A stretch of DNA of 64,000 nucleotides from Setoptus koraiensis (Eukaryota; Animalia; Arthropoda). The notes under the pieces are model-generated. The model was not told the DNA's origin. It saw only the letters and a list, made by a program, of their open reading frames with translations, and did no database searches. Below are positions 57,201 to 64,000 of the stretch, piece after piece; the first letter of the stretch is position 1; each line of letters starts with the position of its first letter. The stretch spans positions 15,562,001-15,626,000 of the forward strand of contig CM106585.1 of NCBI GenBank assembly GCA_048013815.1, given 5' to 3'. The position numbers and the translations under genes were made by a program.

Positions 57201-60200
57201 GTAGAGCTATTATCACATTGAGCATTCGTTGGGATTTTTGGTACATCCTCGCTCTTATCGATAGTTGTGTCGTAACAATTTATATTGACACAGTTACCGT
57301 TATTATCTTCTTCAGGTGGTGAAATGGATATCGTTGTCTCAACATAATTTTTGGTGTAAATGCCTTTCTTTAAAAGATTTGTATGCCGCTCTATTCTTTT
57401 TAACCGATCTTGCTTTGATAATCTTACTATCCGCATAGACTTGCATTTTTTATCCTTCATATCCTCACCAGTGGACATTTTTTTTCGGCACAGAATAAAC
57501 CTGACGACTAATGAAACATACTTTCTGATAAATCTTCCTGCTTTCTTGAACCTCTCAATGGCCTCCTGTAGCTTTTTCGTGTCAACACTTTCAGCTTGAG
57601 GCGAAGATAGATTTGATGCCCCGAAAGATGCGAGCAAGAGTGCCAGGAATAAGTTTAAAACGACTAAATTTCCTACTGTCACAGCAACAAGGAAGAATGG
57701 TATACATGGCCAACCATCAACCAGGAGACAGTCCCACATTGGCTCAATCCATTCGGCGCATAATATCCTGAAGACTATCATGAAAGAGTGCATAAAATCG
57801 GTAAAGTTCCAACGGGGAACTTGATGATCTGGGAAGCGGTCTGAGTATAGCTCATAGTTTTTGCCAAATAGCTGCATTCCCATGACAGCAAAAATGAACA
57901 CTATAATTGCTAGGACAAATGTCAGGTTACCCAGATCACCCACTGCTTTTCCCATGATAGAAATAAGTAAATTGAGAGTGGGCCATGATTTCGCCAGTTT
58001 GAATACTCGCAGCTTTTGGATTAAATTTAAGTATGGTAGTAGATATATAGATCAGTCTTTAATAGAAAGATAGTGTCCATGCTAATACATGTGATGGGAT
58101 AATTGAACAGTATAACTTACCAATCGAAATGAACGCAGCACTGATAATCCGTAGACACCTTCAAGTCCTAGTTCGAGCAAGGATAGTCCCACAATGATTG
58201 TATCAAAGACATTCCACCCTTCGCGAAAATAAAACTTTGGGCTTAAAGCCATGATTTTCATAGATGCTTCAACCGCAAACGTAGCTGTAAAAAAATAGTT
58301 CCCCCGCTCTAAAATTGTTTTCAAGTCTGGATCAATTTCGTCATAATCCATAGCCATGAATAGAGTATTGATGACAATGCACAAAGTGATGAATAGTTCC
58401 ATGAATGGGTCGAATACTATCAAAGATATGATTTTTTGCATTCTTAACCACAATGGGCAACATTGCCAGATACAGAACATATCTAAAAAATCAAGACAAA
58501 ATCCCACACATTGATCTCGCCAGCTAAAACTTATCTGGTCCATATCGTCATTGAAGTTGATGGCATCGTATTGCATATTAGGATCTGGGCATCTATATCG
58601 ATTGAGAGCCGATATTAACTCCATGGCATGCCTCGAACCTGCCGAAGATCGTGATGGTCGCGAACTCTGATTGTGGAATGATTGTGCCGGTGAAGCATAA
58701 CCACTTGCATGCTGAACATGATGCACAATAAATATAGGATATCAGTATAAGATTGAGTACTAAATTTAAAGCTCGGTTCTCGAATGAAGTAAATATTTAC
58801 ACTCACGTTATAACTCCTATTTGACAAAGAGCCGCTACTTCGTCGGTTGTTATAAGGGTTTGTAGTTGACCACAAACGTATTACGCGTCTCAAATCAATA
58901 TTACCGCTCACCGATAATCTTGACCAATTACTTGATCTTCTGGTGTAGCGACGTTGCCAGTTCGAGTAACCTAGGGCGTCTAAATCTGGTCTATTCTCGG
59001 GAGGACAGAATTCAGTTGTTGTCTGTGATGGACGATTTTGGTGGCTATTGTTCATTTTGAACAAACTTATCGCTGTATTGCTAGCATTAGATGAATGACG
59101 GTATGGGTACCGCGTTTGAAAATTCTCTATAGATACTCTGTTTGCGGCATTTGATCGAACTCCTAATGAGGTTGAGTCTAGAAGTGAGAGTTCGGATTTC
59201 TTTTGTCCGCTAAGATTTTGTTTGGTATAGTCCCCCCGACATGATGAAACACTAAGCCTCGCATTATTATGATGGTGTGATGATTTTGACGGTGTACAAT
59301 CATGCGAATTCGCTCTCAATTTGTTGGCGTTCTGTTGTTTCAGCAAGTCATCTTCACTAGCTCTGTAGGTATAACATATAGGCTGGAGTGATTGGTGATG
59401 CGATGGTTGTCTAGGTGCTAGTCGATTAGATTGATCTATTGATAGTAAAACGTGAGCATGTTTTGGACTTAAATGATTATTATCTTTATCAGCTGAAAGC
59501 GTAGCTTGTACCGGCTTCTTCGGAGAGCTCGGCAGACTAAAACTGTTCTGCTTTTTACAGTTGAAATGCATTTCAGACGGAGAGACATGACAGAAAAGTA
59601 TAAGAAGGTTATTTTGTATGAGAAAATAGCTATAAACAGTTGATTAGGCACGTTGCCGAATTAAGTTGCTTTCTACGGAATATTGGTGCATCTATGTTGA
59701 AAGTGCTTGTTTGCTTGGCTAATCTATTAAACTACATAATCTAGAAACCTACATCAGTTGTGCATTCTATATCATCACTTACGATCCGAATTTGTGCAGC
59801 TCTTTGCTGCAAACTAAGAGTTGCGATGTTTTTTGTATTCTGGGCCATCTCGGTGCTATTAGTGGATACACTTCGATGGTATTTCATCTCTGGCTTGATT
59901 GAGCCGCTGGCAGATGAATCACTACGCTCAGTTATAGGTAAAATATTGGACTTGACAGAGTGCTCACTAATTACTGGTGATGCTCGCTGGCTTTTTACTC
60001 TCAGATCATTCATCGAAGATAGATAAGGTTGCAGAGAGTCTCGATGATGGTAGGCGGTCTGAGACAACCTTTTCACTTGTTGTTGGCTAAGCATTCCCTT
60101 TGGACATAACCCACCGATCAACGCTTGACCTACAATACCTAACTCCATAGATGGCCGGTACATTGATCTACCTCGCTGGCTACCGCACTCTGATCTTCGT

Positions 60201-62126
60201 TCTTGTTCTAGACGACAGCTTTGCAGAAATTGAGCTTCATCAGCGGCAGCAGCTTCCTCTTCTTCTTCTGCTCTTCTTTGTAGCTCATTATAAGACATTG
60301 CTACAATGGCTAAGATTAAATTCATAAGATAAATGGAACCTAGAAATATACTTATAATAAAAAAGATGATATGCCATGATCCGGCACATCTTAACACTTG
60401 TTGATATAGACCTTCCCAGAAATCTTGAGTCATTAGGCGAAAGGAAGATATAAGAGCCCAACCAAATGTGTCAAAACTTGTGAATCCATAATCCGGGTTT
60501 GGCCCGAAACCTTGAATGCACGTGTGACCGTCAGGACATAACTGCGCCCCGCTGGAATTACCGCACAACCAGGGCTGATAGATGGAATAAAAGGAAGTGG
60601 AAACTAGTAAATCAGTCAGTTTTTTTTTTCAGAGTTGCTTCCGCTATCAAAGATTATACTTATTGATTAATTACAATATGATCTTCGTCGTAATGCCAAT
60701 TGTTTGAATTGCTGCACCACTCGAACCATTGTTCGTCAGTCATGGTAGTGGGACCATCTTTGATACATTTTTGCGTAAGTTGACCCATGTATATTTGTAG
60801 TCCCAACAACGAGAACACAGACAGGGAAAATAATGTGAGAACTACAACATCTTTTAAATTTTTCACTGAATCGATCACAGCTCCAACGATAGTTTTCATG
60901 CCTGTACAAGAAAACAGAGTAGTATAGATTTCATTTTTTGAATTAATGTGTCAATCTTATTTTAAACAAGTTAATGAAAGAACAAAATTAAGTTTATGTC
61001 ACTTACCAGGTACTATAGCGACTGTTTTGAGCGCTCTGAGAACCCTAAACGTCCTTATAACGCTCAAGTTGCCTAAATCCTCTATTCCCAGCGTAAGATA
61101 TGCCATTATTATGACCAGAAAATCTAGCCAGTTCCTATAATTATTATTATTGATGCGGATTGTTATTATTAATGCGGATTGTTATCATTGATGGTTCAGC
61201 GCCAAAATGAATTATCGTAATATGATTTTGATTATATAGGTAGGACTAGGTTGATTTGCTATTGTCACTCACCATGGATCTCTCAAATAAGTGAACTCCT
61301 CCAGAATGAATCCTCTTGCCAAAACTTTTAGGCACATTTCTATAGTGTATATTATCGTAAAAATAATTCTGATGGCGAGCAGTGAACATTGATTAGCAGA
61401 TTTATATTTTTAGTTGGCGCTTTCCTATATTGAACAGACTTGAGCGAAGCTACACTCGACAGGCACACTTACTCGGTTTTTTCTACTAGATCATTGCTTT
61501 GAAGGGTCATTAAGACACAATTGATGAGTATTGTCACTATGACAAATAGGCTAAATATTGGATTAACTAGAATGTACATGGCCACTCTCCTGAACGGATT
61601 AAAAGGGTCCAAACAGAAAAGGGCCTGAGTGGCGCTAAATCTAAAAATATCTCTTCCTTTGCTGACAATCACAAAAGTCTTTTCGGTTAATTTTGTTTGT
61701 TTTTGTTGATATTGCAATGATTTTCGTTGGTCCATATTGCGTATTGATTTTATCATGTTGTCGAATGTGTGCAGATGTAAATATTATTGATTGCTTGATG
61801 CGACCGAGGCAGTGATGTTTATAGGATGGATGGAGAATAGAATATGGTAAATAACTCACCTCTTTGTTTGAGTAAAATTGATCAATGTCCTCGATGGGCT
61901 TGCCAATCAACTCTGGCGGTATACGCCTCTGAAAGGCGGGCGGCAGTTGCAATCCGGAAGCCAAATATGGGTCTGGCTTTTGTTTAGCTCTACTTTCCTG
62001 ATAGGATAGAGATGTTCTCTTGTTTGATTTTGATTCTTTTCTGTTGACAATATTCTGCAATGATTCTCTTGTGAACGGTTTGAATATTTGACAATGGGCG
62101 AGACCGATGGCAGCACTTGATGACAT
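54254..62126 (-). CDS. para: Voltage-gated sodium channel alpha subunit (para/Nav1), about 11 exons
   Basis: Four domains with a DEKA filter (TQDFWE, CAEWIE, TFKGWID, TSAGWD), IFMT inactivation gate, DIII-IV linker [12 protein letters not shown] and IQ motif ([10 protein letters not shown]). Exon borders read at GT-AG sites; two internal borders (near 60.6 kb) are approximate. Confidence 0.95.
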
Positions 62127-62947
62127 AATGCTGTTGTCGTTTTGTTAATTGAATACATGGACTTAGCACTTGGTGACCAGGCACTTTGACGCAATGTCGC
62201 GCTCGCTGTTTTCTATCACTAGTGATGCATTTAGCACTGATGGCACTGTGGCCGCCTGTTATAATTACTAATAACTCAATTACTAATTAACTTTGTCTTC
62301 GTGGAATCACCAATCGATTTTTTAATGTCGCTCTTAATTAGTTTTTTTCCTGAGTGAAACTGATTGGTGCGAACTGTGATCGTCGGCGCCGGCTCGTTCA
62401 TGGCGAGTGACTCATTTTGAATTGTTGTTTTGTTGACGATGATCGATAAATTAATTGACGACAATCTACTAATTGATTTATTCTAATTTGTTTCAATTTG
62501 TTGTATCCAATCGACTGCTTAATTTGATTTGTGAGTGTGTGACAATTAACTGATAGTGGCAGCAATAATAACAATAATGGTGGTCGCTCAACAGCTAATG
62601 GGCAATCCAATACAGAGGGGATTCGCACACTGGCCGATTAAAACTCGAGAGCGCTCAAATGAAGAGGTGCAACAGCCCAGATCAGCGCCAGCATACACAC
62701 GGTGCGTTCGGTGGCGGCACTGCATCATTGATTTGCGCATTCATATTGGTTTGGCTTGCACACACGACTCACATTCGATTATAATAATGTCGCGCTCGCT
62801 CTCCACGCTGCTAACAAGTCGAATTTTTTCTCGTTCTCTCTTAGTTAAGAGGATCCTGAAAACTATACGGCGGTTAGAATAGTTCGATTTATCGAATCTT
62901 ATTCGATCAGTTGAACGGAAATGAAACCACCAACAATTATGCTATAG

Positions 62948-62965
62948 TCTCTCTCTCTCTCTCTC
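62948..62965. repeat. (CT)n microsatellite
   Basis: tctctctctctctctctc. Confidence 0.85.
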
Positions 62966-63007
62966 ACTTCATTACTACACCGTGGAATATGTGGCGCACG
63001 CACGCAT

Positions 63008-63659
63008 GCAGACGCACACAGTAGCCTGTGTGTCTGCGTTTTCGCTGGTGGTGATGGTGGTCGAGGCAACAGAGTCTGTGTATGTGTGTATGCTAAAGTT
63101 CCATGAGTTCCATGCTACGGCCTGCATGCCACACTGGGGCAGAGTTCGTGGCATGGAGATAACTTTAGGCTGGGCTCTCAACCAGTGATCGGGGCAGCTC
63201 CCTCCTCCCTCTCGGGCCGAGTCCTCCTCCCCTAGCTCCCGTTGGCTGCCCGTGCCCGATTTTGCACATACAAAACACATACCAGGGGAGCGCAGAAAGG
63301 ACAGTCGAACAATTGCATAGAAACCAATTGCACTGGGCACCTGATATCTTTTGTGGGTGCGAAATTGGGCACGAGAAGCCAGCGACAAGCAGGGCGGCTA
63401 AGCCCTCCTCCCGCCCGGGACGAGGGAGCAAACAGGGGAGCAAGATATTTGCTGGTGCCCGACCACTAGCCCCACGCTACCACACGATACAATAGTGTGC
63501 ACTCTATAGCACGGACTATGGCGCCCACCGACGTGTAGCCATGAATGTATAGCGAGACACCAGCACACATTCACGAGCAGGTAATAACGAGAGTTAAACT
63601 CGTGTATGCCAGAGTTTGCAGGGGGCGCATCAATGTCGCGACTCGCGAGCCCCAGCAAA
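63008..63659 (+). other. GC-rich multi-hairpin region (putative structured RNA or 5' leader)
   Basis: Inverted repeats: 63008-63037; 63093-63100/63161-63168 enclosing 63110-63119/63147-63156; 63241-63275/63349-63383; 63615-63626/63649-63659. Confidence 0.5.
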
Positions 63660-64000
63660 AAAATATGAGCATAAATCCACATGCGTGCACGTTAATTGTC
63701 TCCATTGCGCCCGAACCACTGGCAGTTTGCGGTTAGCGTGTATAGCGTCAGTGAACGCGGACCACCGGCCGGCCAGCCAGCCAGCCAATCTAGCTAGGCA
63801 ACACAGAGGGGGAGGGCAGGTTAGGTGAACAAATAAAGGCCCTGCATACGAATTGTAGATATACCTGAATATTTGCAACCGCTTTTAGACTCCTGAAAAT
63901 AGCAACATTTTCGCTGTTGTCGTCGATAGCAACGATCAAATTGATATCTAAACAACGCATAAAGCTCATTTCTGCCCGCACCCCTCTCGATCAAGAGGGA

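Noticed and set aside
63818-63826. ACCUAACCU on the minus strand as a telomerase-RNA template for (TTAGG)n, next to the structured region
   Set aside because: A 9-nt match is near chance level. No pseudoknot or H/ACA domain could be shown, and G-U wobbles in the nearby stems favour the opposite (+) strand.

Overview
Eukaryotic, gene-dense, intron-poor genomic DNA with one 500-N assembly gap (8265-8764). Short GT-AG introns (about 87-155 nt), several multi-kb intronless genes and acarine-type residues in the sodium channel suggest a streamlined mite genome, possibly eriophyoid (inference, not verified). Genes in order: SLC17-family anion transporter (-), divergent BTB-BACK-Kelch protein (-), unc-104/KIF1A kinesin (-), TM9SF2 (-), truncated JADE/rhinoceros PHD protein (+), AA15 LPMO (-), LSm10 (-), miniature NBAS/Sec39 (-), crooked neck (+), a secreted furin-processed prepropeptide (+), ADPGK (+), TOM20 (-), a ~3,240-aa single-ORF low-complexity protein plus a likely downstream exon (+), BRD8 (-), UNG (+), TATDN1 (-) and a complete para-type voltage-gated Na channel (-). 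Most notable observations: (1) an extra Arg-x-x unit in the DIII S4 voltage sensor of the Na channel, plus substitutions at pyrethroid- and TTX-associated positions (including a V410M equivalent); (2) clean domain losses in conserved proteins (unc-104 without FHA, ~600-aa NBAS, JADE without PHD2, BRD8 without the acetyl-lysine Asn); (3) an uncharacterised, probably amidated 33-aa secreted peptide; (4) a decayed inverted TM9SF2 fragment; (5) two local non-coding duplications; (6) a GC-rich multi-hairpin region beyond the Na-channel start whose G-U wobbles favour a + strand RNA. Comparisons to orthologues are from memory, not from a search. No CRISPR array, rRNA, tRNA or intact transposon was recognised.
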